Shown here: positions 37,290 to 47,160 of the stretch, in pieces | How the letters are laid out: each line of letters begins with the position of its first letter | Position numbering within the stretch: the stretch's first letter is position 1 | Source: a virus | Virus record (IMG/VR): IMGVR_UViG_3300023179_000012 | Strand: one strand, 5' to 3' | Length of the DNA: 64,000 nucleotides | Notes under the pieces: generated by a model | What the model was told of the DNA's origin: nothing | What the model saw: the letters and a program-made list of their open reading frames with translations, nothing else | The model's database searches: none | Position numbers and translations under genes: made by a program

Positions 37290-38264
37290 TTATTTTGTAA
37301 GATTGTTCCACTGACCCGGATCTGGTCTATCTTTATCTCCAGGCTTTGCTGGCTTATATGTTTTACCCATTCTTTCTTTTTTCTTACGAATGTTATCCCA
37401 AAGCCCAGGTTTGTCTCCAGATTTTGCTGGAACCGCTGGGGCTGTTGGTCCCGCAGGTGGTGGTGATGGTTCTTGAGTTGTCATTGGAGGAGCAAACGGT
37501 GGCATCTTCTTTTTTTTCTTGTCTTTGGCTTCGCTAGACATATCATCGTCTTCTGATGGTACAAACATTACAAAATTGTGAACGGTGATCATATAATCCT
37601 CTGTTACGGCGATTTTACCCTGTAACCAACTTTCTGTCAAATTTTCTTTTACTGATTCTTGATCTAACGCATTCAATATATTTTGTGCGTGTATCATAAT
37701 AGATTTAATCGATCCAACGCTCATCTCATAAAAGTCGTTTTTATATTCCATCATTTCTTGTTCGATGGATTCTTTTTCCATTTTATCTACTTGTGTAAAA
37801 TCTTGCCCTTTAGATTTTTTGATTTGCATTAGTTTTTGTTTAAGTAATTCTAATTCAATTTCTTTTTCTAGTTTTTCTATTTCCATTTCTAGTGCATCTT
37901 CTTGTTCATCTTCCATTTCCATATCATACGCATCATCTTCTTCATAATTGTAAGCTTTGGCCGTTTTAATTCCAAGTTTTTCTTTGGTGGCTTTAGGTAG
38001 TGCTGCAACGAATTCTGGTCCTTTTCTTTTAGCCATATTGTATAGTTTCTTTAGAAAAGTATCATAACTCATTTGGCCTTTCATGCGTCCAAAATTACTT
38101 ATAGCATCTGGAATATCAACTGGACTAACGATAGGGAATGAGCGAGTTTCTGGAAATAAGAAATCGCTATCTTTGAGATCGCTGCGCTTAATGCCTTTGT
38201 ATGTCTTTTGGGCAGCATCAACCGATTCTTTAATACCATTTAAAATATCGTTAAATCTTGTCAT
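37290..38264 (-). CDS. Multi-module probable virion-internal protein (DUF6582-like N-domain)
   Basis: SDFLFPETRSFPI..DAISNF; acidic linker; Pro-rich linker; PGLWDNIRKKKER tail. Confidence 0.5.
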   Translation of the reverse strand: MTRFNDILNGIKESVDAAQKTYKGIKRSDLKDSDFLFPETRSFPIVSPVDIPDAISNFGRMKGQMSYDTFLKKLYNMAKRKGPEFVAALPKATKEKLGIKTAKAYNYEEDDAYDMEMEDEQEDALEMEIEKLEKEIELELLKQKLMQIKKSKGQDFTQVDKMEKESIEQEMMEYKNDFYEMSVGSIKSIMIHAQNILNALDQESVKENLTESWLQGKIAVTEDYMITVHNFVMFVPSEDDDMSSEAKDKKKKKMPPFAPPMTTQEPSPPPAGPTAPAVPAKSGDKPGLWDNIRKKKERMGKTYKPAKPGDKDRPDPGQWNNLTK

Positions 38265-38913
38265 TATAATATTCCTTTAGTTTTTGGTTGAGCTTATTAA
38301 ATACCAATTTGGTAAATTGTAGTGAAGCTTTGTTATCAGAAGGATAATGAGCACCCTGCATTACCCTGGCTCTTGCTGTTTCTAACACAATATTATCCAA
38401 TTCTTTTTGATCAATTTCTGGATATAGATTTTTTAATATACTAGCCACTAAACTACTATACACCGTATGTCCAGAAGGATAGGATGGTGTGTGAATAGTA
38501 TCAGTAATTATTAGATCAATTTTTATATTATAGAATTTGGCCAACTGTATTGGTCTTGGTCTATTCCAAAAGCCTTTGGTGTTCAATATTAATGGACGCA
38601 CTACATCATAAAAAAGATCTATATAATTTTGTGGATATCTTATTTTATATTTTTGTAATAAAAGTATAAATGGCGTATCTAAATCTTTATCAATATTATA
38701 TATTAATTCAATATCTTTTTTGGATCTATTTTTTGTAGCCTGAGCCACTAATTTCAGTTCTTTTATTGTTGCAGTATCGTCATTTTTGGGTGGCGCAGAT
38801 AAAATTTGTTTATAGTCAAAATCTATTAGGGTGGAGACAGGTTTCTCTAAGAAAAGGGTATCGTATCCTAGATTATTTATCTTTTTATCTAATAGCAATT
38901 GGTTTAAATTCAT
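38251..38913 (-). CDS. PAP2/haloperoxidase-family phosphatase
   Basis: KGFWNRPRP, PSYPSGH, ARVMQGAHYPSD. Confidence 0.88.
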   Translation of the reverse strand: MNLNQLLLDKKINNLGYDTLFLEKPVSTLIDFDYKQILSAPPKNDDTATIKELKLVAQATKNRSKKDIELIYNIDKDLDTPFILLLQKYKIRYPQNYIDLFYDVVRPLILNTKGFWNRPRPIQLAKFYNIKIDLIITDTIHTPSYPSGHTVYSSLVASILKNLYPEIDQKELDNIVLETARARVMQGAHYPSDNKASLQFTKLVFNKLNQKLKEYYNDKI

Positions 38914-38922
38914 TGTTTTAGT

Positions 38923-39348
38923 CTAGTCCATCAATGGGCCGTCAACAATCCAAGCATCACACGTTCTTTCCCCAGCACACTTAAAATCAAATAATTCACA
39001 ATAGCCAAGATTAGCTTTTGCAACAATTTCTTTAGCGAGATCTTCTTCTTTAATAGATGTTGAAGCTATGCCCTTTTCAATACATTGTCTCATTTTTTCT
39101 TTAATAACAAAAGCTGCACAATTACCACATCTCATAGTTTTAGCTTTTTCTATAGATGTTTTAAATAGATCAGCTTTTTGTTGCCAAAATTTTTCGTTAT
39201 CTAAATCTGGATTAGCAGGACCATAGTTGGCCTTATCTACACAAATTTTTCTATTAGCTAAATTTAAACCTATATCTTGTGTCGCTGGAGGACACTCTAC
39301 ATTGGTCTGTACTTGTTCTAATAATTCATCTGCTCGTGATTTAAACAT
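38923..39348 (-). CDS. Conserved phage Cys-motif protein
   Basis: RCGNCAAF...GYCELFDFKCAGERTCDAW. Confidence 0.6.
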   Translation of the reverse strand: MFKSRADELLEQVQTNVECPPATQDIGLNLANRKICVDKANYGPANPDLDNEKFWQQKADLFKTSIEKAKTMRCGNCAAFVIKEKMRQCIEKGIASTSIKEEDLAKEIVAKANLGYCELFDFKCAGERTCDAWIVDGPLMD

Positions 39349-39350
39349 TA

Positions 39351-39887
39351 TCAAACCTGTAATGTTAGGAAGTTATCAATACCCATTTCTTCGATTAACT
39401 TTAAAAATCCTTCATAAAGTTCAATACCGTCTTCACTACCTTGTAATAATTCAATAAGCATATTTGCAGTAATTTCATCTCCAACTGCTCTGGCAGCAAC
39501 AATGGTGGCTCTTTCAACAGCAGATGCTTGACGAACACTATCAAGATTATACTGAATCATAGCAACCATATCATGTCTTTTCCAGACAGGAGGACTTACT
39601 ATTAATGGTTGGTAGTCAGCATCAAAAAATTCTAATCTTTTAATATTAATTGCAGCGTGTGTTTGTTCTTGGATAGAATCTTCCTTAATAATTGCTGCTA
39701 ATTTTTTATAACCCCATCTTTGAAGATGTTCAGCTTGGGCAGTTAAGGATGTTGTTTGTTGCCAGTGTATGTTAAGGGATTGTTTTAGTAATTCAATTAC
39801 TGTATTACTTGAATAACCTTCTACATTTTGTGCTTTGCTTTGCATTTTATCCTCTTGTTTTTTTAGTAGTTCATTAATATCTGGCAT
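39351..39887 (-). CDS. Bacterioferritin-fold protein with degenerate ferroxidase centre
   Basis: WGYKKL, SIQEQTHA..IKRL, GDEITANML, EMGIDNFL..Q align with Bfr helices. Confidence 0.75.
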   Translation of the reverse strand: MPDINELLKKQEDKMQSKAQNVEGYSSNTVIELLKQSLNIHWQQTTSLTAQAEHLQRWGYKKLAAIIKEDSIQEQTHAAINIKRLEFFDADYQPLIVSPPVWKRHDMVAMIQYNLDSVRQASAVERATIVAARAVGDEITANMLIELLQGSEDGIELYEGFLKLIEEMGIDNFLTLQV

Positions 39888-39899
39888 TATATTTTCTCC

Positions 39900-40574
39900 T
39901 TACCATGCTTTGCATGACCAGTAACGAGCCTTCCATCTTGGACCCGGATCAGTATCACAATGATGTCTGGCTCTAAAACTTTTACGACGCTCAGGAATAT
40001 TTTTTTTGATTTTCATATTTGGATCACCAAAACGAACAATCACAACATTACCACTCTCATTTTTTGTATAGACCGCAAATTTTTTTGGTCCATTTGATGT
40101 TCTGAATGGTTTATTTAAGGTAACTTTTCTACCTTGATACTCTTCTGCTTTACCCATAAAAACTAGTGGTTTACCATCTTTATTGGTATAAATATTTTTC
40201 ATATCATAATAAAATATTTCGCCAGTTCTTGGATCTTTATACATATAACTGGCCAATACAAAATCAGACACATCATATTCTTCCGTGGCTTCCCCAAAAT
40301 CAATATAATCTTCTGGTTTTGGGATAACTAGATTATCAGGAGATAATGTTTCTTCATAGCCAAGACAATCAACACAATTGCCGTATCCAAAAGTATAGGA
40401 CAAAACCCCAATAACACTTTCCAATAGTGTTCCTTTGGTTTTGCGGGTTTGGCCCAAACAAACAGCAATTCTTTGTTTATTATCTGGAAAATCTTTCTTC
40501 ATAACCTCGTCGCCCATGCAGCGAGATACGAAAGTATTATTGTCTTCGCCCTTTTTTCTTGATGGTATTGGCAT
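39900..40574 (-). CDS. Multi-module phage protein (DUF6321-like C-terminus)
   Basis: KKFAVY...VRFGDPNMKIK..PERRKSFRARHHC...ARYWSCKAW; N-terminal FVSRCMGD...KQRIAVC module. Confidence 0.6.
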   Translation of the reverse strand: MPIPSRKKGEDNNTFVSRCMGDEVMKKDFPDNKQRIAVCLGQTRKTKGTLLESVIGVLSYTFGYGNCVDCLGYEETLSPDNLVIPKPEDYIDFGEATEEYDVSDFVLASYMYKDPRTGEIFYYDMKNIYTNKDGKPLVFMGKAEEYQGRKVTLNKPFRTSNGPKKFAVYTKNESGNVVIVRFGDPNMKIKKNIPERRKSFRARHHCDTDPGPRWKARYWSCKAW

Positions 40575-40578
40575 TATT

Positions 40579-41655
40579 TTATCCGAAAAGATTGTTATAA
40601 ATAATATTAGAAGTATTGGTCCAAGTTAGATTTTTAGCGGTCTCTAATCCAGCGGGATTAGTTCTTATATTATTCTTATACACAAATCTCATGTGTTCAA
40701 CCATTTGTTGTAATTGATTATCGCCAATTTCAGCCCAATTACCATAACCATCGAAAAATTTATTATCAATAGCGGGAGAAAGAGAATCAATATTAACGAG
40801 ATAACTATTCTCATTATTAGCATATTCTGTATGAGCCGAATAATTTGTCAAAATAACGGGCTTATTTAAAGCAAACAATTCGGGAACCTCATTATTCCAT
40901 CCTTCTGCTCTGGCTGGAAAAATTCCACAGTCCGATAATGCTATCAACTTTGCAACATCCGCATGGGAATTGATTCTAGGTAGAATTCTAATCTTGGATC
41001 CAAGCCTACTATTTTTATACATATTAATCCACATACCATTTTCTTCTTGACTTAAAAACGGATTGTGGTTTAACATCCACAGCTCAACATTATCATCCTC
41101 ATTAAATGCATTATTAAATGCTTCTAATAATATATCGTGTCCTTTTCTAATTTCCCATTTACCAATATTTAAAAATACATATTTATTACTATCTTTTTGC
41201 ACAGTATTATTGACTTCGTTATTAAACTTTGATGGGTCTATTCCAAGAGGGCTAATATATATTGGTATTTTAATACCATTATTAATTAACACTTCTTTTG
41301 CCCATTTAGAGGCGACAAAAATAAGATCAAGATTATTGATCATTCCTATTTCTTTGGGTTTTAATTTGTCAACTTCAAAAAATGTTAATGCTGCGTATTT
41401 ATTTTTACCAATTCTAGTAGCTAAATCAAATTGATGCCATATTTTAAAGCAAACATTATCATTAGAAAAATTTTCTTGCTTATTCATATCTTCAATGATT
41501 TGTTTTTCGTACTCATTACTATCTAACTGGATATTACCAATAGGAAATAGGCAAATATCTGTTTTTTCTCTTAAGCCTTTGTAGATATTATACGAAGTAA
41601 TACCATATCCTGTGAATCCTAGTGGACACATTAAATTAAGCTTTTGCATTTTCAT
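40579..41655 (-). CDS. Glycosyltransferase family 4
   Basis: TGYG, KWEIRKG, AEGWNNEVPELFALNKPVI. Confidence 0.85.
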   Translation of the reverse strand: MKMQKLNLMCPLGFTGYGITSYNIYKGLREKTDICLFPIGNIQLDSNEYEKQIIEDMNKQENFSNDNVCFKIWHQFDLATRIGKNKYAALTFFEVDKLKPKEIGMINNLDLIFVASKWAKEVLINNGIKIPIYISPLGIDPSKFNNEVNNTVQKDSNKYVFLNIGKWEIRKGHDILLEAFNNAFNEDDNVELWMLNHNPFLSQEENGMWINMYKNSRLGSKIRILPRINSHADVAKLIALSDCGIFPARAEGWNNEVPELFALNKPVILTNYSAHTEYANNENSYLVNIDSLSPAIDNKFFDGYGNWAEIGDNQLQQMVEHMRFVYKNNIRTNPAGLETAKNLTWTNTSNIIYNNLFG

Positions 41656-42766
41656 AAATCCTATTGTGAGTATTGTTTACTTGTATAAATGTTGTTTTTT
41701 TACCGAAATCTTTAATTTTTGTAGCACCAATGTAGGTACAAGCACTACGCAAGCCACCATATATATCTTGAATAGTATCCAAGGCTTTTCCTTTGTAAAG
41801 TACTGTTACGCATTTACCTTCTGCTGTTCTGTAATTTGCTACTCCGTTATGGTGTTTATCCATAGCATTTTTGCTACTCATTCCATAGTATTTTAATGAT
41901 ACTTTTCTTTTTTCAGTAGTATATCCGGGGTCTACTGGTTGCCAAAAATGACTTTCTGGTAATCCTGCCCTATATTCATATACCCATTCACCTTCACATT
42001 CATCACATCCAGCAAACATACTACCAAGCATTACAAAGTCGCTGTTACCACCAAACGCCTTACAAATATCTCCAACAACTTTGCATCCACCATCGGAACA
42101 AATATGGCCACCAAGACCATGAGCAGCATCAGCACATTCCATTACAGCACTCAACTGTGGGTATCCAACGCCGGTTTTTAAACGAGTGGTACACACACTA
42201 CCAGAACCAATACCAACCTTGACTATATCTACCTTGCCATGAATAATTAATTCTTCAACCATTTCTGGAGTAACAACATTACCGGCCATAATAATAATTT
42301 CTGGATATAATTTTCTAATATGAGAAACTGTTTTAACAAATTTTTCCGTATATCCATTGGCAATATCCACACAAATATTTGGAAGAGAGACTCCGTGGTT
42401 TGTGAGGGCAATAAAAATTTCTGTTAATTTTTCTATATCTTTATGAGAAGTACCAACAGAATAAAATATTAAATTTTTATTAACTATATTCGGATCAGTA
42501 TATAAACTGACATAATGAGCAGGACTATAATGTTTATGTAGACAGGTGATCGCTTGATTTTTTGCTAATATCTTGCCCATTTCTAAAGTACCAACAGTAT
42601 CCATATTAGCAACCATTATTGGTACCGATATCAATTCTCTAGGAGAATATTTAAAATTAAAAATTCTAGATATACAAACCTCTGATCTACTATTTAGAGT
42701 GGATCTTTTTGGCCTAATCAAAACATCATCAAAATCTAACTTAGTTTCATTAATTATTTTTTGCAT
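41636..42766 (-). CDS. guaC: GMP reductase
   Basis: LDFDDVLIRPKRS, ANMDTVG, KVGIGSGSVCTTR, SDGGC, GGLRSACTY. Confidence 0.93.
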   Translation of the reverse strand: MQKIINETKLDFDDVLIRPKRSTLNSRSEVCISRIFNFKYSPRELISVPIMVANMDTVGTLEMGKILAKNQAITCLHKHYSPAHYVSLYTDPNIVNKNLIFYSVGTSHKDIEKLTEIFIALTNHGVSLPNICVDIANGYTEKFVKTVSHIRKLYPEIIIMAGNVVTPEMVEELIIHGKVDIVKVGIGSGSVCTTRLKTGVGYPQLSAVMECADAAHGLGGHICSDGGCKVVGDICKAFGGNSDFVMLGSMFAGCDECEGEWVYEYRAGLPESHFWQPVDPGYTTEKRKVSLKYYGMSSKNAMDKHHNGVANYRTAEGKCVTVLYKGKALDTIQDIYGGLRSACTYIGATKIKDFGKKTTFIQVNNTHNRIYENAKA

Positions 42767-43289
42767 TGAAGAAGTACCACCTTCTATGAGTTTCTATGTT
42801 TTCAGAATTATTAATATGTTCCAAATAGTGTTTGATTTCTTCCCAATTTGAAAAAATCATCTGATGAGGAACTGTGCCGAATAACCAGTCTGGTGTTTTA
42901 TTTTTTCCTTGGACCATATGTACTATAATAGGTTTTTTCTGACGGTTAGCCCAAAAAATTTCTTCATATGTGCCACAAGGATGAATATCTAAGTCAAGAT
43001 TTACTATTAAAAAGTCGCTTATGTCAACGAGCCTTAAATCAACTGCTCGTATGGTTTTCATCATATTGGATAACTCATCATATCTGCTCATTTGTTTAAG
43101 TTTGGTTTTTATCTGATGGGTATCGTGATCTTCTAAACCAATATCTGTTGGCTTGCTAATAGGATTAAAAACAACTACTCCTAATTCTTCTAGAAATGGA
43201 GTTATCGCATCTCTCCATCCTGTGCCTCTGTCGGCAACTCTGTCCATTGCACCAGCAAGATAAACCCTTTGATTATTTAACCTATTCAT
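42750..43289 (-). CDS. Nucleoside 2-deoxyribosyltransferase-like protein
   Basis: VYLAG, VFNP, DLRLVDISDFLIV, GTYEEI. Confidence 0.8.
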   Translation of the reverse strand: MNRLNNQRVYLAGAMDRVADRGTGWRDAITPFLEELGVVVFNPISKPTDIGLEDHDTHQIKTKLKQMSRYDELSNMMKTIRAVDLRLVDISDFLIVNLDLDIHPCGTYEEIFWANRQKKPIIVHMVQGKNKTPDWLFGTVPHQMIFSNWEEIKHYLEHINNSENIETHRRWYFFNAKNN

Positions 43290-43297
43290 CTTTGCTC

Positions 43298-43840
43298 CTA
43301 AGATTTTTTAAACATCCAACAACTACGATCAATAAATGTTAAATTGTCTCGCCCAAATTTTTCATCTACCGCCTTAACTACTCCTGGCCACCATTTATTA
43401 TAATCGTGTCCACTTATATAGCCTCCAGGTTTAACTTTATCGAACCATAACTCTATATCTTTTGATACTGCTTCAAAAGTGTGTTCCATATCCAGAAACA
43501 CAACGTCACAAGAATTATTCTCGAAATCCAATACTGCTTCATCCGATAATTTTTTGATTGGATTAAATTTTCTATCGCCCATATTTTCTAAAAAAAGACT
43601 GTATATATCAGTAGTTATTATGCTTTTATGATTTGTGTTTAATTCATTCTTTGAACCAAGCCAACTATCAACAATAAAAACTTTCACTCTATCCCCAGCA
43701 ATATCACAAAGATATGAAGAACTTTTACCTAGCCAAGCCCCACATTCCACAAATGTACCATCATCAGGAATTTGTGATACTAGAAAGTCATATGTTTGTG
43801 TGAACCCAAACCATCCTTTAATTTCTGTATGATTTTTCAT
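43298..43840 (-). CDS. Class I SAM methyltransferase (Methyltransf_24-like)
   Basis: VECGAWLGKS, VFLDMEH, KPGGYISGHDY. Confidence 0.85.
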   Translation of the reverse strand: MKNHTEIKGWFGFTQTYDFLVSQIPDDGTFVECGAWLGKSSSYLCDIAGDRVKVFIVDSWLGSKNELNTNHKSIITTDIYSLFLENMGDRKFNPIKKLSDEAVLDFENNSCDVVFLDMEHTFEAVSKDIELWFDKVKPGGYISGHDYNKWWPGVVKAVDEKFGRDNLTFIDRSCWMFKKS

Positions 43841-43841
43841 T

Positions 43842-44699
43842 TTAGCCCAATAACATAATCTGTGAAGGATTCAAATACATATGAAATCCATCCATGTTCG
43901 TAGATATATTATAATGAAAAGTAACGTGTTCACAATCGTAGCCAAAATATTGACCACCTACGAAGTATGAGGTTTTGTATATGCACAAACCACCAAATCC
44001 ACTATTTATTCTAATCGGAAGTGACCCTGGTGGCAAAATCCACATTCCAAACCATAACATTTGGTTATAGTTGTAAACTTCTGTTAATTCATTAAATTGT
44101 AAATCTTCCCACCATGAAGATCTAAATGCCCAGCAATCATAATTCCATAAACTTGGTTTGTGAGGATACATAAACGGCTTAATCTCAAAACTATTACCAC
44201 AAATTGCTGCAATATGATTTTGATTATGTAACCATCCAAAACTGTTTAATACTCCATCAGTACTAAAGTCTTGGAAATCCGTATCGATAACAATAGAATA
44301 ATCGTAATGACTAAGATTAGTTTTCACATAATCTTTGAGTATATTACGATATTCGGCTAGCGCTTCTGTTCTTGCTCTATCTTTTACAGTACCGAATTGT
44401 GGTCGGTTGAAGTTTTGAGATAGAATAGTTATATTATTGTTCTGCTTAGATAGGTCTAATAATTTTTGTTTAGTATTATCTGACGAGTCGTTTTCAAAAA
44501 TAACCAATTTGTATTCTAAACAATGTTTTTCAACAAAATTAATAATTTTTTGAACATTTTTTTCTATCACATTTTCAAGATTTCTACATAATCCTAAGAC
44601 TACTATTTTTTTAGACTTAAGATGTTCTATACCATCATCTATGGTTTTTTTATAAGCGTCTTTGTAAAGATTAGGAACGGCGAGTAAGTTGTCTATCAT
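43842..44699 (-). CDS. GT-A glycosyltransferase (CAP59/GT69-like)
   Basis: GLCRN, FENDSSDNT, LAEYRN, IVIDTD, SGFGG..IY, CEHV. Confidence 0.65.
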   Translation of the reverse strand: MIDNLLAVPNLYKDAYKKTIDDGIEHLKSKKIVVLGLCRNLENVIEKNVQKIINFVEKHCLEYKLVIFENDSSDNTKQKLLDLSKQNNNITILSQNFNRPQFGTVKDRARTEALAEYRNILKDYVKTNLSHYDYSIVIDTDFQDFSTDGVLNSFGWLHNQNHIAAICGNSFEIKPFMYPHKPSLWNYDCWAFRSSWWEDLQFNELTEVYNYNQMLWFGMWILPPGSLPIRINSGFGGLCIYKTSYFVGGQYFGYDCEHVTFHYNISTNMDGFHMYLNPSQIMLLG

Positions 44700-45325
44700 C
44701 TTTTTACTTTCTGTAGTGTTTCTTTTATGTAGTTTACTCTTAACGGGTTATACGGAAACATTCCGCATGGATGACAAACAAAGTCACCTTCTTGCCAATG
44801 AGATCCGGGTAATCCGGGTCCATTACCCGGCTTATTCCACACACATGAATTAAAAGATCTTAAGGGCGCCACAGTTAGCGTATCTCCTATCACATGACGT
44901 ATCGCATATAACCAAGTTTGCCACTGACAAACCAAGGGCTTCCAATCTTTTTCATTATCTGTAATAGATTGCAATAAAGATTTGCTTTTGAAAGTATTTT
45001 TCATAACAATAGAACCACAATTAATATGATTCCAAGGCACAATACCCTCTTCGCAAACAGTGATATGCGGACCCAAACATTTTAAGTCTTCTAATTTTTG
45101 TGTCATATCTGTTATTATAGTATCAGCATCCATATACCATAATATATCATAATTATTTAATAATGGTATTAAACTGTTCATATGTATCATAATATCTTCG
45201 TATGGCTGATCGTTCATTATAAGTGAATAATTATGTCTTAAACAATACTCTAATTTATTTGGCATTGTGATAGAAGACATATCATGTATCTCTTTGGACA
45301 CATTAGTAAATATAGCTATTCTCAT
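44696..45325 (-). CDS. GT34-like glycosyltransferase
   Basis: KLEYC.RHNY, WYMDAD, INCG, DFVCH. Confidence 0.7.
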   Translation of the reverse strand: MRIAIFTNVSKEIHDMSSITMPNKLEYCLRHNYSLIMNDQPYEDIMIHMNSLIPLLNNYDILWYMDADTIITDMTQKLEDLKCLGPHITVCEEGIVPWNHINCGSIVMKNTFKSKSLLQSITDNEKDWKPLVCQWQTWLYAIRHVIGDTLTVAPLRSFNSCVWNKPGNGPGLPGSHWQEGDFVCHPCGMFPYNPLRVNYIKETLQKVKR

Positions 45326-45326
45326 A

Positions 45327-45803
45327 TTATCTCTTTAGGTTTAGATAGCTTGGTTTATCAGAATATATAAAATCTAGAAATTGTTCTTTTAGTTGATCTT
45401 CTGTGGCAGGCTTATATATTTGTATATTTGGTAAGCACTTTAGTATCTTTTCATCATCTTCTGCCCAATGACTAATACCATCGTGACTATAATCCTTATC
45501 TCTACCACTACCAACTAATTTGACAGGAACGGCTTCGTAGTCAATATAATTGCGTATAAATTCAAATGGCCTATATAATAGAAAAGGGGTGATAGAATAG
45601 CATATTGGTATTTTTTTACTTTCTGCTAATCCTATACCAATGCCGATCATTAATTGTTCTGCCGCACCAGTATTAAAAAATCTATCAGAAAATGTTTCTT
45701 TGCATTTGTCTAGAACCCCAAAACCAAGATCAGCAGTTACTAAGAAAATATCTTGATTTTTTTGCATTTCCTCAAAAATCATCGACCCAAACAATTTTCT
45801 CAT
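45327..45803 (-). CDS. Transketolase-like subunit B (pyrimidine-binding domain only)
   Basis: TADLG, NTGAAEQLMIG..IGLA, FEFIRN, DGISH. Confidence 0.85.
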   Translation of the reverse strand: MRKLFGSMIFEEMQKNQDIFLVTADLGFGVLDKCKETFSDRFFNTGAAEQLMIGIGIGLAESKKIPICYSITPFLLYRPFEFIRNYIDYEAVPVKLVGSGRDKDYSHDGISHWAEDDEKILKCLPNIQIYKPATEDQLKEQFLDFIYSDKPSYLNLKR

Positions 45804-46405
45804 ATTTTACCATAATCCTCTGGTTTCAATACATAATAGTGGCTTAAGAGTCCTTTGGCAAATCCGTAGTCTGGTATAGACGATTCTCTAATGTTGATAT
45901 TGGGCAAAAACGCTCTTAGTCTGTTTTTCAAGTTTTCTGTATCGATATAGTCATATGCACCCATACCATTGATATTAACATAAACGTGGAGATTATCTAA
46001 ACGATGTTTATGAATAAAAGCAAGAGACTCCCATATTGATCCCTCTGCACATTCACCGTCAGAAATTAAACACCAGACATTTTTTGATCTGTTAGCCAAA
46101 GCATGACCAACAGCAATTGGCAATCCAGAGCCTAAACTTCCAGTTGAACAATATAGTTTATTAGCAATATCTTTACCAGGATGTATTCCGTGCTTGTGCA
46201 AAAGTTCTACAGGATTAATACCGTATTTGGCTTCCAGTATACAATAAAGAGCCAAACCAGAATGACCGTTGCTTAATATAAAAACATCGTCTTCATTTTT
46301 TAAATCGTAAATTTCTTCTATTATTGGTAATGAACTTAGACAACTACTAAGATGACTAAGTTTTTCTTGGTATGTAATATCTATAAGTCTTTGTCTGATA
46401 TTCAT
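45800..46405 (-). CDS. Transketolase-like subunit A (TPP-binding)
   Basis: LSNGH, STGSLGSGL, SDGECAEGSIWES...N (GDGx..N motif); ATGA overlap at 46405. Confidence 0.88.
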   Translation of the reverse strand: MNIRQRLIDITYQEKLSHLSSCLSSLPIIEEIYDLKNEDDVFILSNGHSGLALYCILEAKYGINPVELLHKHGIHPGKDIANKLYCSTGSLGSGLPIAVGHALANRSKNVWCLISDGECAEGSIWESLAFIHKHRLDNLHVYVNINGMGAYDYIDTENLKNRLRAFLPNINIRESSIPDYGFAKGLLSHYYVLKPEDYGKI

Positions 46406-47160
46406 GAAATTTTTGAGTAAAACCAATCACTCACCTCTTTAGGAAACAATTCATTAACTCGTTCTTTTCTTCTATTCCATCCATGAGCCACATGATAACT
46501 TCTCAGCGGCTTATCGTCTAAAAAGACCTTATCGTTTTTAACAACTGTTTGATTAACTCTGCCTAAACTAGAGCAATTATAATAGCATTGAAATTTATCT
46601 GAATGAAAATCATAGTCACCATCTAATATTTTAGTTTTATATTGTTGATTATGCCATAATATATTAAATACATCATTTTCATAAACTGGTAATAGATTAG
46701 ACAATTTCATTGATAGGTTTTCGTATTCATCCCAAAAACCTTTATTTGTACTAGCTATTAATCCTCCTTGAACATAATGCTGTTCGTTTACCTCTGGTAT
46801 CTGATAAGTAAAGAGATTTTGTCTTTTTAGTTTAACGTTTTGCACAATGTTGAAATTTGCACAAGCAGCAATGTCGTAATCTGCTTCTAAAATCTCATAG
46901 CATCTATCGAAAAAATAAAAATCAGAATCAATATTAACTAATAAATCATAATCATTGTATAATAATTTAGCAAAACTTGCTTTACAATTAGTATTATTTA
47001 ACCACGGCTTTTGACTAAATAGAGTATTTATAGTCTGACTATCAAATACTATCATATCAATATCAGGATGAAAATATTTAAAGCTCTTATAAAAGCTATC
47101 AAAATCTATATTAGTATTCCTGTAATTATCAGTTATCCAGGTATAGAATGCGATTTTCAT
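46402..47160 (-). CDS. GT-A glycosyltransferase (GT8-like)
   Basis: VNIDSD, YENDVFN, YHVAHG. Confidence 0.6.
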   Translation of the reverse strand: MKIAFYTWITDNYRNTNIDFDSFYKSFKYFHPDIDMIVFDSQTINTLFSQKPWLNNTNCKASFAKLLYNDYDLLVNIDSDFYFFDRCYEILEADYDIAACANFNIVQNVKLKRQNLFTYQIPEVNEQHYVQGGLIASTNKGFWDEYENLSMKLSNLLPVYENDVFNILWHNQQYKTKILDGDYDFHSDKFQCYYNCSSLGRVNQTVVKNDKVFLDDKPLRSYHVAHGWNRRKERVNELFPKEVSDWFYSKIS

